The translations under genes were made by a program, and so were the position numbers. The notes under the pieces were generated by a model, which saw only the letters and a program-made list of their open reading frames with translations, had not been told where the DNA came from and made no database searches. A stretch of 64,000 nt of DNA from Pseudohongiellaceae bacterium (GTDB lineage Bacteria; Pseudomonadota; Gammaproteobacteria; Pseudomonadales; Pseudohongiellaceae), in the NCBI GenBank assembly GCA_051008235.1, contig JBPCXV010000117.1:4197-68196 (forward strand), in the 5' to 3' direction. Below are positions 35,883-44,876 of this stretch, in pieces (the first letter of the stretch is position 1; each line of letters begins with the position of its first letter).

Positions 35883-36926
35883 TTAATGCAGGCCTAACCA
35901 GCTGTTATTCACAAGCACATCCCTTGCTAAAAGAATCTGGCGAGGGGTGAATTGCCGCTTGCGTTCATTCCAGGCATAAACACGGTTTACTATGTCATCT
36001 TTGGTGCCGGGTTTTTCATGTTTCATTACCCAATGAACAGTAGATAATAGTTCCAGACCGAAAGATGACTCAAACCCATCTACCAGTTTGGCGACTTGCT
36101 CAAAACGTGCTTTGGTTTTGGCATGTTCATCAAGGAAAGCATCAGCATCTTTTTTAACCCCCGGCACAAGTTCAAGTGGCTTATCAGGTGCATCTGTGCC
36201 ATCTGCGTATCCACTTATCATATAGCCCTCAACAGCGTTCAATACATGGCGTAGATTTTCGGCGTAAGGACCGTAAGACGCTTGCTGAAATTCAAGACGG
36301 AGAGGCTCTCCCGCCTCTTGCATAAAATACATTAACTTATGAAGTTCCAGTAAGGTTATGAACGGATCAAGTAATCCGGTTAGATAGCGATGCATCAACG
36401 CAACCAGTACCGCCCGGCCTGGTGTCATATTGGGTACTTTCTGGCTACGAGCCATTTTGTCAGCATCTGGCGAACCTTTGGGTTCAAAGACAAGGATTTG
36501 CACATCTTCCAAACCGGCAAGAGCCCGTTCAATATGCTGTTTCACAGTTGCCCAGTCCAGTCCACCCAAACCACAACCTAATGGCGGGATGGCAATAGAA
36601 TGAATCTGCCGTTTCATGATTTCTTTTCTGAGTGCTTCAAGCCCTGACTCAATGTATTCCATACGGCTGTTTTCTTTCCAGTGTTGCTTGGTAGGAAAGT
36701 TGATGATGTATTTGGGATTGGTTAAACCGCCTGTGTCGTAAATAAACATACGTCCGGGCTTAACCTCTTCATTTTTGCAAGCAACGGTATAAGCTTCAAA
36801 GTTTTGAGGAAATGCTTTCTTGAATTGTAGTGCAATGCCACGCCCCATCACGCCAATGCAGTTGACGGTGTTGACGATGGCTTCGGCATCTTCAGCGACA
36901 ATGTTCCCGGTTTTGTATTTAATCAT
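35883..36926 (-). CDS. darG: DarG-like antitoxin (N-terminal macrodomain ADP-ribosylglycohydrolase)
   Basis: Macrodomain signature GNIVAEDAEAIVNTVNCIGVMGRGIALQF ... IAIPPLGCGLGGL, plus a ~190-aa C-terminal domain. It lies immediately downstream of the DUF4433 gene. Confidence 0.8.
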   Translation of the reverse strand: MIKYKTGNIVAEDAEAIVNTVNCIGVMGRGIALQFKKAFPQNFEAYTVACKNEEVKPGRMFIYDTGGLTNPKYIINFPTKQHWKENSRMEYIESGLEALRKEIMKRQIHSIAIPPLGCGLGGLDWATVKQHIERALAGLEDVQILVFEPKGSPDADKMARSQKVPNMTPGRAVLVALMHRYLTGLLDPFITLLELHKLMYFMQEAGEPLRLEFQQASYGPYAENLRHVLNAVEGYMISGYADGTDAPDKPLELVPGVKKDADAFLDEHAKTKARFEQVAKLVDGFESSFGLELLSTVHWVMKHEKPGTKDDIVNRVYAWNERKRQFTPRQILLARDVLVNNSWLGLH

Positions 36927-36939
36927 TTTGATGCATCCC

Positions 36940-37587
36940 TCAGTAATACCAATCTCTGATTATTTCTAGTTCTGGCTTGTGGGTGCTTTCGGTAATCGCT
37001 TGGCTCACTTGCTGGTATGCGGCATTGTCATACACACCAATTCGCTCTGTCAAGCTCCAGGGCAGGTTCCTCTCAACAAGAAACTCAGCTTGTTTGCCGT
37101 ATTTACAGGTCCTCCAGTCCCTTGCCCTAACAGCATCCCAATCAATCTCGTTCAGCTGGCTCAAATCACACCAGTCGCCAAAGTCTCTGGCACCTGCATT
37201 GGAGCTGGTGAAAGCCCAGCGATTTTTATTCTTGTCCGCCCAAGACACAGTATCACGGAGGTCAAATTCCAGATGTACGATAGGTTTTTGTCCACCTCGG
37301 TATGAAAGATCTGAATGGTTAGCTACATGGAGCATATAAAGCATCACTGAGCGTGGGCAAAAGTAGAAAGGCACACATTCGCCGACATACAAATCCGGGT
37401 GGCTATTCAATTTCAATTCTGTAAGTCGTCGCTGTTTTATTTTATCTATCCCAATGGGGGTTCCAGATGAAGGGCGTTTTGCCATTTCAGCATCGCACCA
37501 AAGAAAGTCACCTGCAATGATGGAAGGCAAACTATTAACGTGGGTAATGCGATAGATTTTAGGGTGTGGGGGAACGGGAACAGTCAT
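36940..37587 (-). CDS. darT: DarT-like DNA ADP-ribosyltransferase toxin (DUF4433)
   Basis: N-terminal KIYRITHVNSLPSII and C-terminal KQAEFLVERNLPWSLTERIGV match my recollection of the DUF4433/DarT pattern, including the catalytic Glu context. It is paired with a macrodomain gene. Confidence 0.75.
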   Translation of the reverse strand: MTVPVPPHPKIYRITHVNSLPSIIAGDFLWCDAEMAKRPSSGTPIGIDKIKQRRLTELKLNSHPDLYVGECVPFYFCPRSVMLYMLHVANHSDLSYRGGQKPIVHLEFDLRDTVSWADKNKNRWAFTSSNAGARDFGDWCDLSQLNEIDWDAVRARDWRTCKYGKQAEFLVERNLPWSLTERIGVYDNAAYQQVSQAITESTHKPELEIIRDWYY

Positions 37588-38990
37588 TCATGAAGCTCCG
37601 CAATTGCATCGTGTTCTGTTTTGGTAGCATCCTCATTTAGTGCTGGCATATCTTCTTCCGTAATCTCCGGCACTTCAATACCGCGCACATCTATCTGGCC
37701 TGTAACTGCATCCGAAATCAGTCGGGTGCGGTATTCTTGGATTAGTTCAATTTCGCGTTCAGCGCGGGTTATGGCTTGGTCAATATTGGTTGTAGCTTGT
37801 TTTAGATATTCAACAATAATGACCTGTTCGGAGAGGGGCGGGAAAGCAAATTGACAATTTCCAAGGATTGTTCCATTCAAGTTGCCTAATCCTGTAGTTG
37901 TGGTCGAGTGAAATACAAGCTGCTCTCTACCTGTGATGGAGTTTAAATTATACCAGACATACTCAGGGTCAGTCCTACTATTGACGCGAAGGCGTTGCAT
38001 GAAATTTGAGAAGCAGCATCCCAATGTACCAATTTCAGGGTTTACTAGACTGGTCTTTCCAATGTGAGCTTGGCTTCCACTAGATTTGGTTACCACGAGA
38101 TCCCCTGTCTCAAGTCGTGCAGATTCTATTTCTCGAGGAGATAACTCTATTTTGGCTGGAATTTTAATATGCCAACCACCGGACATCGTCTGTTCAGTAG
38201 AGCGGAGAACGATAGTGCCTGTATCACTGAAATTATCACCCCACACACCGGAATCATTCTGGATTAAGCGAGTCTTCAGACGTTGACTTTCCCAATGTTT
38301 TGGAATATCTCCAATCCATTTCACGCCGCTAGATTTGAGTTTAACATCGGGGTTCAGCCCTCTGGTCATGGCTTCATTAATGATGTTCTGCTTTTGTTCA
38401 TTGAGTAATTCAATCAGCTGCCGTTTGTTTTGAATGAATTTGTTTATCTGGAAAGTTTTCCACCTAATGAACCTTGCAATGAGTTTTTGTTCGCTGTAAT
38501 GAGGAACAGCTATAGTCACACGTTTCAGGTGTGGCCAATACAAATTTCTTTGTATTGATCCCACACCTTTTGAACAGATGAGGTACTGATCAATCATCTT
38601 TCTATCTCGAAAAAGATAGTTGGCATAATCGGTATCAAGCTCATCATGGATACTCAATACCAAATACGCCGGGCTTACAATTCCTGAAAATTTTGAAATG
38701 CCAACAGAACCACGCCACGCTTGTTGATTGTTGAGGACAAAATCTCCAGAATCCACTACTTGGTATTTTGAAAGATCTTCGCTAGTAGCGTTTGCTCTTT
38801 TTTCCTTAGCATCGGAGAAGCGAATAACACCTAAGTCCAAATAAACTGATAAGAGTTCTCGGTCTTGGCAGTTCACATCCGATTTGACTTTTGCAATTGC
38901 ACAAAGAGGCAATATTTTCCAATGCGAAGGCAACCTACAAAACCATCTATCATACGTTTCTTTGTACTCTGGATAGGGGACAAGTTTCAT
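37584..38990 (-). CDS. hsdS: type I restriction-modification specificity subunit
   Basis: Two target-recognition halves, each followed by a conserved spacer (VPHYSEQKLIARFI and FPPLSEQVIIVEYL). It has 4-nt overlaps with hsdM and darT. Confidence 0.88.
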   Translation of the reverse strand: MKLVPYPEYKETYDRWFCRLPSHWKILPLCAIAKVKSDVNCQDRELLSVYLDLGVIRFSDAKEKRANATSEDLSKYQVVDSGDFVLNNQQAWRGSVGISKFSGIVSPAYLVLSIHDELDTDYANYLFRDRKMIDQYLICSKGVGSIQRNLYWPHLKRVTIAVPHYSEQKLIARFIRWKTFQINKFIQNKRQLIELLNEQKQNIINEAMTRGLNPDVKLKSSGVKWIGDIPKHWESQRLKTRLIQNDSGVWGDNFSDTGTIVLRSTEQTMSGGWHIKIPAKIELSPREIESARLETGDLVVTKSSGSQAHIGKTSLVNPEIGTLGCCFSNFMQRLRVNSRTDPEYVWYNLNSITGREQLVFHSTTTTGLGNLNGTILGNCQFAFPPLSEQVIIVEYLKQATTNIDQAITRAEREIELIQEYRTRLISDAVTGQIDVRGIEVPEITEEDMPALNEDATKTEHDAIAELHE

Positions 38991-41122
38991 TGCTTGACCT
39001 CCCCGACAATCTGTTCCAGTAACCCTTCAGTTTCTTGTTCTACTGCATAAATGTCAGCTTTAATTTCTTCCACTGTACGCATTGGTGTGGGTCGGTAAAA
39101 ATATCGGGTAAAAGAAACAGCATAACCCATCAGGGTTTTACTGGGATCAATCCAGGCATCGGGTGTATAAGGTAGCACCTCTCGCTCAAAGAATGCCCTA
39201 ATGCCGCCTTCTTCAAGTAGTGGCACTTGCTCACTATCTCGTAGGTTAGTATCCCGCTCGTATTCAACCACACAAGATTTTCCCTTGAATTTGCTCTCAA
39301 ACAAACCGTGAAAAGAATCAGGTGTTACCTTACCCGGTTTGTGAATTTTTTTAAGTACTGGCTCGGCGTCCTCATTGATATCGCAGAGTTGACTCTGTAG
39401 TAGATTCTTGCGCTTGGCTGTTAGCTTGATGTCCCGTTGGCTAGCATCGGCTTCGCAGGCTTCCATAAAGATGTTGAAATCCAGATGTGGGCCTGCTCTG
39501 AGGTTTGAAGCCATACGCTGGATTAGCTTGACGAGAGAAGTCTCTTTTGTTTCGGCGCATGTTTTTTCAAACTGTTTCAACCGAGTTGGGCTTAAATCCA
39601 CGGCAAGGCGTAACGGGCGCTCCACTATCATCTTCCAGTAACCGAAAGCCTCGTTAGGAAAGATTTTGGATTGCTTGGTCTCTGTTGGGTTTACCACCAG
39701 ATTACAGATCGCACGAATATGCTTCTCTGAAAATTCGCAATTTTTGTTACCCAAGTTACGGCGCAACGGTTCAAACCACTCAGAAGCATCAATAAGTTGA
39801 ACTTTACCTTTCCGCTGCTTACTCTTTTTATTGGTCAACAACCAGATATAGGTGGCAATGCCGGTGTTGTAAAACATATTCTCCGGCAGGGCGATGATAG
39901 CTTCCAGCCAGTCGTTCTCAATAATCCAGCGACGGATATTACTCTCGCCCTGACCGGCATCGCCGGTAAAGAGAGACGAGCCGTTATGAACTTCGGCAAT
40001 GCGGCTACCGAGTCTGGTGGTTTTTTTCATCTTTGATAATTTGTTGACCAGAAACATAAGTTGTCCATCACTGGAACGGGTAATCATTTTATATTCTGGA
40101 TCGCCGCCGTGTTGGGTAATGAATCGCGGGTCCACGATGCTGCCCTTGCCACCCAAGCGGTCTAAATCAATTTTCCAGCTCTTGCCATAAGGCGGATTGG
40201 ATAACATGAAATCAAACTCATCTGACGGGAAGGCATCGTTGGAAAGCGTGGAACCATACCTCATGTTCTTGGCGCCTTCACCTTTGAGCAGAAGGTCAGC
40301 TTTGGTAATGGCAAAAGTCTCCGGTTGTATCTCTTGTCCATAGAGGTGGATGGAAACCTTCTTGTTATGGCTGTTGGCGAGTTTCATTAAGCGTTCTTCG
40401 GCTACAGTCAGCATGCCACCAGTGCCGCAAGCTCCGTCATAGACGAGATAGGTGCCGGATTTAATATCATTGGCTATTGGCAGGAAAATTAAATCGGCCA
40501 TTAGCTTGACCACATCGCGAGGTGTGAAATGCTCCCCGGCCTCTTCGTTGTTTTCCTCATTAAAGCGGCGAATCAATTCTTCAAAGATAGTGCCCATTGA
40601 ATGATTGTCCAGTGCCGGAAGTAGTTCATTCCCTTTCGCATCCTTTACTGGTTTGGGGCTGAGGTTAATGCGAGTATCAAGGAACTTTTCGATGAGATAA
40701 CTGAGTATGTCATTTTCTTCTTCCATAAGCTTAGGGATTTGATCGCGAAACTTGAATTTGTCAAGAATCTCCTGAACATTATCCGAAAAGCCGTTCAGAT
40801 AATCCTCAAAATTGGTCTTGAGTTGCTGGCGTGTGGTGCAATTTTTGATGTCACGCAAAGTGAAAGAGGAGATATTATAAAAAGCTTCGCCGCTGGCTTC
40901 GCAAAGCACAGCATCCTGATTAGCGATTTTGGCATCATCAAGTTGCTTCTTTGTGCTGAGAACTTTTTTCTTGCTCGGTTCCAGTAGCACATCAAGGCGC
41001 CGAATGACTATCATCGGCAGTATCACATCGCGGTATTTGCTACGCACATAAGTATCACGTAGCACATCATCAGCAATGCCCCAAATAAAACTGACAATGT
41101 TGTTGTGGGTTGCAGAGTTCAT
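38987..41122 (-). CDS. hsdM: type I restriction-modification N6-adenine DNA methyltransferase subunit
   Basis: SAM motif YDGACGTGGML and catalytic motif LSNPPYGKSW. At 711 aa it is a long form. Confidence 0.93.
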   Translation of the reverse strand: MNSATHNNIVSFIWGIADDVLRDTYVRSKYRDVILPMIVIRRLDVLLEPSKKKVLSTKKQLDDAKIANQDAVLCEASGEAFYNISSFTLRDIKNCTTRQQLKTNFEDYLNGFSDNVQEILDKFKFRDQIPKLMEEENDILSYLIEKFLDTRINLSPKPVKDAKGNELLPALDNHSMGTIFEELIRRFNEENNEEAGEHFTPRDVVKLMADLIFLPIANDIKSGTYLVYDGACGTGGMLTVAEERLMKLANSHNKKVSIHLYGQEIQPETFAITKADLLLKGEGAKNMRYGSTLSNDAFPSDEFDFMLSNPPYGKSWKIDLDRLGGKGSIVDPRFITQHGGDPEYKMITRSSDGQLMFLVNKLSKMKKTTRLGSRIAEVHNGSSLFTGDAGQGESNIRRWIIENDWLEAIIALPENMFYNTGIATYIWLLTNKKSKQRKGKVQLIDASEWFEPLRRNLGNKNCEFSEKHIRAICNLVVNPTETKQSKIFPNEAFGYWKMIVERPLRLAVDLSPTRLKQFEKTCAETKETSLVKLIQRMASNLRAGPHLDFNIFMEACEADASQRDIKLTAKRKNLLQSQLCDINEDAEPVLKKIHKPGKVTPDSFHGLFESKFKGKSCVVEYERDTNLRDSEQVPLLEEGGIRAFFEREVLPYTPDAWIDPSKTLMGYAVSFTRYFYRPTPMRTVEEIKADIYAVEQETEGLLEQIVGEVKQ

Positions 41123-41125
41123 GTT

Positions 41126-41503
41126 TTAGTGCAACACGCGCGGGGGCGACAGCAGGAAAGGGGGAATGTCGGTGCGGAACTCTTCACCGTTGGCGGAAAT
41201 CATGCCGTAGCTGCCTTGCATGGTGCCGGTTTCCGTTTGCAGGATGGCGCCGCTGGTGTAGTGGAATGATTCGCCCGGCTTGATTACCGGCTGCTGACCC
41301 ACCACGCCATCGCCGGATACTTCTTCCACCCGGTTGTTGCCATCGGTGATGTACCAGTGGCGGGTAAGCAGCTTGACCGATTCCTTGCCCCCATTGGTAA
41401 TGGTGATGGCATAAGCAAACACATAGCGGTTCGCCTCCACGGAGGACTGCTCCTCCAGATAGTGAGATTGCACTTCAATTTTGATGTTATGTTCGTCGGC
41501 CAT
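41126..41503 (-). CDS. apaG: ApaG (DUF525) protein
   Basis: 125 aa with a GESFHYTSG motif, downstream of rsmA as in the ksgA-apaG-apaH operon. Confidence 0.9.
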   Translation of the reverse strand: MADEHNIKIEVQSHYLEEQSSVEANRYVFAYAITITNGGKESVKLLTRHWYITDGNNRVEEVSGDGVVGQQPVIKPGESFHYTSGAILQTETGTMQGSYGMISANGEEFRTDIPPFLLSPPRVLH

Positions 41504-41560
41504 GGTGCTTTCGCTGATTCAACGGGGTGTGTTGTATGGCAAATCAGTATAGCAAAATAA

Positions 41561-42394
41561 TTATGCCTCGTCTGCGGCGAGCATATTACTGATGAGCACA
41601 TAGTCGGCCAGTGGAAGTTGTTCCGGGCGTTGGCTGAAGTCCACAGGTATTGTGCTTAGCAGGGTTTCGGGGATGATGGTTTTCAGGCTGTTTTTCAAAG
41701 TTTTGCGGCGCTGGTTGAAGGCGGTGCGAATGACAGTGGCCAGCAACTTCGGAGTTGTGGCCGGGCAGGGCAGGGGGCGATGGGGAACCAGCCGCACCAT
41801 GGCGGACATTACCTTCGGACGAGGCGAGAAAGCCGCCGCAGGCACATTGAACAGATGCTCCACCGCGCAGTAATAGCGCAACATCAGGCCAAGGCGACCA
41901 TATTGTTTTGTGCCGATGTCGGCGGTCATCCGTTGCACCACTTCCAGTTGCAGCATAAACACCATATCTTGAATCAGATGGTGGTTGTGCAACAGATGAA
42001 ACAGCACCGGCGTGGAAATGTTGTAGGGCAGGTTGCCGATAACTCGCAGCCTGTGTGTTGCGTTTGAAGTTGATAATGAGGTCAAATCAAACTTGAGAAT
42101 GTCCTGTTGCATCACCCGTACGTTGGAATGATTGCTGAATTTTTGTTGCAGGTGGTCGGCTAAGTCACGATCCAGTTCCACACAATCCAGACTAGCGCCG
42201 GAGTTGGAAAGCAGGTCAGTAAGCGCGCCGCGACCGGGACCGATTTCCAGCAGGTGTTCATCCGTTTGCGGATTAATGATATCAACGATGCGTTCAATAA
42301 CCCCGGCATCGTGAAGAAAGTTCTGCCCGAAACGCTTGCGCGCTTGTAACGGCAAGTCATCACGCAGCGGCAGGGCGGGTTCATTCGGGCGCAT
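41561..42394 (-). CDS. rsmA: 16S rRNA (adenine1518/1519-N6)-dimethyltransferase
   Basis: KRFGQNFL and LEIGPGRGALT motifs. The ATG at 42394 shares one base with the pdxA stop (TAATG). The ORF-track TTG start is at 42406. Confidence 0.92.
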   Translation of the reverse strand: MRPNEPALPLRDDLPLQARKRFGQNFLHDAGVIERIVDIINPQTDEHLLEIGPGRGALTDLLSNSGASLDCVELDRDLADHLQQKFSNHSNVRVMQQDILKFDLTSLSTSNATHRLRVIGNLPYNISTPVLFHLLHNHHLIQDMVFMLQLEVVQRMTADIGTKQYGRLGLMLRYYCAVEHLFNVPAAAFSPRPKVMSAMVRLVPHRPLPCPATTPKLLATVIRTAFNQRRKTLKNSLKTIIPETLLSTIPVDFSQRPEQLPLADYVLISNMLAADEA

Positions 42395-43380
42395 TATTGA
42401 CTCCAATGGGCAGCCATTTCTTCGGCGGCGGTAATGGCATACTTCAAGCTTCCCATGTCGGCGTTGCCAGTGCCGGCCAGCATGAGCGCAGTGCCGTGGT
42501 CCACCGAAGTGCGAATGAAAGGCAAACCGAGAGTGATATTGCTGGCCTTGCCGAAACCTTTGAACTTGAGCACGGGCAAGCCCTGGTCGTGATACATGGA
42601 CAACACCGCATCGGCACGGGTCAGATACTTGTCGGTAAAAAGGGTATCAGCAGGCAACGGCCCTTCCAGTTTCATACCCTCACCGCGCAGGCGTTCCAGC
42701 ACCGGAATAATAGTGTCTATTTCTTCCCGCCCCAAATGGCCGCCTTCACCGGCGTGAGGATTCAGCCCGCACACCAGAATGCGCGGCGCCTTGATGCCGA
42801 ACTTTGTCTTGAGGTCCTTGTGCAAAATATGAATAACACGTTCCAGCAACGGTTGGGAAAGCGCGGCAGGCACTTCGCACAGCGGTAGATGCGTGGTAGC
42901 GAGTGCCACCCGCAGGCCGGGCGTGGCGAGCATCATCACAGTGAGTTCCTCGTTGCAAAGTTCGGCCAGAAATTCAGTGTGGCCGGAAAACTTGAACCCG
43001 CCGTCATTGATGTTGCCCTTGTGAACCGGACCGGTTACCAATGCTGCGGTATGGCCAGCGCGAGTCTCGGCTACGGCCTGACGCAAACTGTCCAGCACAT
43101 AAGCGGCATTGGCGGGTTCCAGCTGCCCGGCCTGCACCGGCGCCGCAAGATTTATCTGCGCCAGCGTGAGTTGGCTCGGTGCCGCAGGCGTGGCAGCGGT
43201 CGGGTTATAGTCCACCAGCGTGAGCGGAAGATTCAGTTGCTTCGCACGTTCCTGCAACAGAGTGCGGTCGGCAAACACAACCAGTTCAGTGTGATGCAAC
43301 GGTCGTTGCGCAAGTTGAATACAAAGGTCGGGACCTATGCCCGCAGGTTCACCGGGAGTGATAGCAATACGCTGAAGCAT
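42394..43380 (-). CDS. pdxA: 4-hydroxythreonine-4-phosphate dehydrogenase
   Basis: [20 protein letters not shown] and VDHGTA motifs. Confidence 0.93.
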   Translation of the reverse strand: MLQRIAITPGEPAGIGPDLCIQLAQRPLHHTELVVFADRTLLQERAKQLNLPLTLVDYNPTAATPAAPSQLTLAQINLAAPVQAGQLEPANAAYVLDSLRQAVAETRAGHTAALVTGPVHKGNINDGGFKFSGHTEFLAELCNEELTVMMLATPGLRVALATTHLPLCEVPAALSQPLLERVIHILHKDLKTKFGIKAPRILVCGLNPHAGEGGHLGREEIDTIIPVLERLRGEGMKLEGPLPADTLFTDKYLTRADAVLSMYHDQGLPVLKFKGFGKASNITLGLPFIRTSVDHGTALMLAGTGNADMGSLKYAITAAEEMAAHWSQ

Positions 43381-43403
43381 GAGAACACCATTGGCCTGGC
43401 CGC

Positions 43404-44783
43404 TTAATTCACATACTCCACAAAGGCTTCCTCGCGGATCTCTATAAGCCAGTTTTGCAGTTCCAAATCAAACTTGCGCTCGCGCAGAGCAAGCTCGGCC
43501 TGATTGCGAGCAAATTCAACACTAAGGTCACTCACTCGCCGCCCCAGCACTTCAACGAGATGCCAACCCGCCTCGGTGCTGAACGGTTCGCTAAGCTCCC
43601 CCTCCCCCAGCGCGGCCACTACCGATTGCATTTGCGGCGGCAGCCCATCTTCGCTAATCCAGTCCAGGTCGCCCCCGGCCACCACCGAGGACATATCATC
43701 CGAATGCTGCCGCGCGATGCTGGCAAAATCTTCCTCACCTGCAACAATGCGCCGGTGAAATTCGGCAATCTCGGTTTCGCTTTGCTGGTTGGTGCGTATC
43801 TCGTTGGGCGCGAGCATGATGTGGCGCAGATGAGTTTGCTCCACCATTTGCTCGGTGCCGCCCCGCCTTTCCACAAGCTGAATAACATGGAAGCCGTTGG
43901 ATGCTTCAATGGGACCTTCGGTTTCACCAACATCCATATCCTCAACGATGTCGGCAAACAAACTCGGCAACCCTGTCGCCTTGCGCCAGCCAAAATCGGT
44001 GTTGGTGATTGGAAACCTGCCAATATTTCTTTCGTTGTAACGCAAAGTGAGCAGGTTCTCGCCGCTTTCAATACGCGCGGCCAGTTCGGCCGCATAAGTG
44101 CGCTTGGTGGTCACATCATCCTCTGAATCGGTTTCGCTGCGTTGCACCAGAATATGGTCAACAAAATATTCAGCCGCCATAATTTCGCGGCCACTTTCGG
44201 AATTAAGAAAGTTTTCAATTTCCTGATCGGTGATGGTGATACGACGGTTCACCACGCCGCGCTGCAATTCCTGAATGGTGAGTTGCTTGCGTACTTGTTC
44301 GCGGGTGAGCAGATAGGCATCGTTCTCTTCAAGGACGGCGATATATTGTTCAAAACTCATGTTGTTGTTGCTAGCCATGTTGGCCAGCACGCGGTTGATG
44401 GTGTCATCGTCGTAACGGATGCTGACTCGTTCGGCGAATTGTAATTGCAAGTTTTCCAGAATCAGTGTTTCCAATAATTCTTCTTGCAATTCACTTTCTT
44501 CCGGCAACTCCTGTCCAGCACGGACTGCGGCTTGATGCACATCGTTCAGGCGTTGCGCCAGTTCGCTTTCTAACACCACATCCTCATCAACGATGGCAAT
44601 AACGCGGTCCAGCAACACACGCTGAGCTAATAACTTGGGGCTGATGCCCAGGCTCAGGATTAGGCTAATGAGAGCCAGGCTAATCAGGCGCAACAATCGT
44701 AACACCCACAAAACCAGCGCGACTGACAAAGTGCGCGATGCAGTCTGGCTCAAAGAGTTAGTAGTGGCAAGAAGATTGGTCAT
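43404..44783 (-). CDS. surA: periplasmic chaperone/peptidyl-prolyl isomerase SurA
   Basis: Signal/TM N-terminus, a SurA N-domain ([17 protein letters not shown]) and parvulin-like segments. Synteny: lptD-surA-pdxA. Confidence 0.88.
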   Translation of the reverse strand: MTNLLATTNSLSQTASRTLSVALVLWVLRLLRLISLALISLILSLGISPKLLAQRVLLDRVIAIVDEDVVLESELAQRLNDVHQAAVRAGQELPEESELQEELLETLILENLQLQFAERVSIRYDDDTINRVLANMASNNNMSFEQYIAVLEENDAYLLTREQVRKQLTIQELQRGVVNRRITITDQEIENFLNSESGREIMAAEYFVDHILVQRSETDSEDDVTTKRTYAAELAARIESGENLLTLRYNERNIGRFPITNTDFGWRKATGLPSLFADIVEDMDVGETEGPIEASNGFHVIQLVERRGGTEQMVEQTHLRHIMLAPNEIRTNQQSETEIAEFHRRIVAGEEDFASIARQHSDDMSSVVAGGDLDWISEDGLPPQMQSVVAALGEGELSEPFSTEAGWHLVEVLGRRVSDLSVEFARNQAELALRERKFDLELQNWLIEIREEAFVEYVN

Positions 44784-44876
44784 AGTCGTATGTCCTGCTT
44801 TTGCGGCATTCTATCATATAGTCGGCACCGCTACCGCTCCGGCTTGATACCTGTCAGGCGAGTCGCGCTGTTCTCA

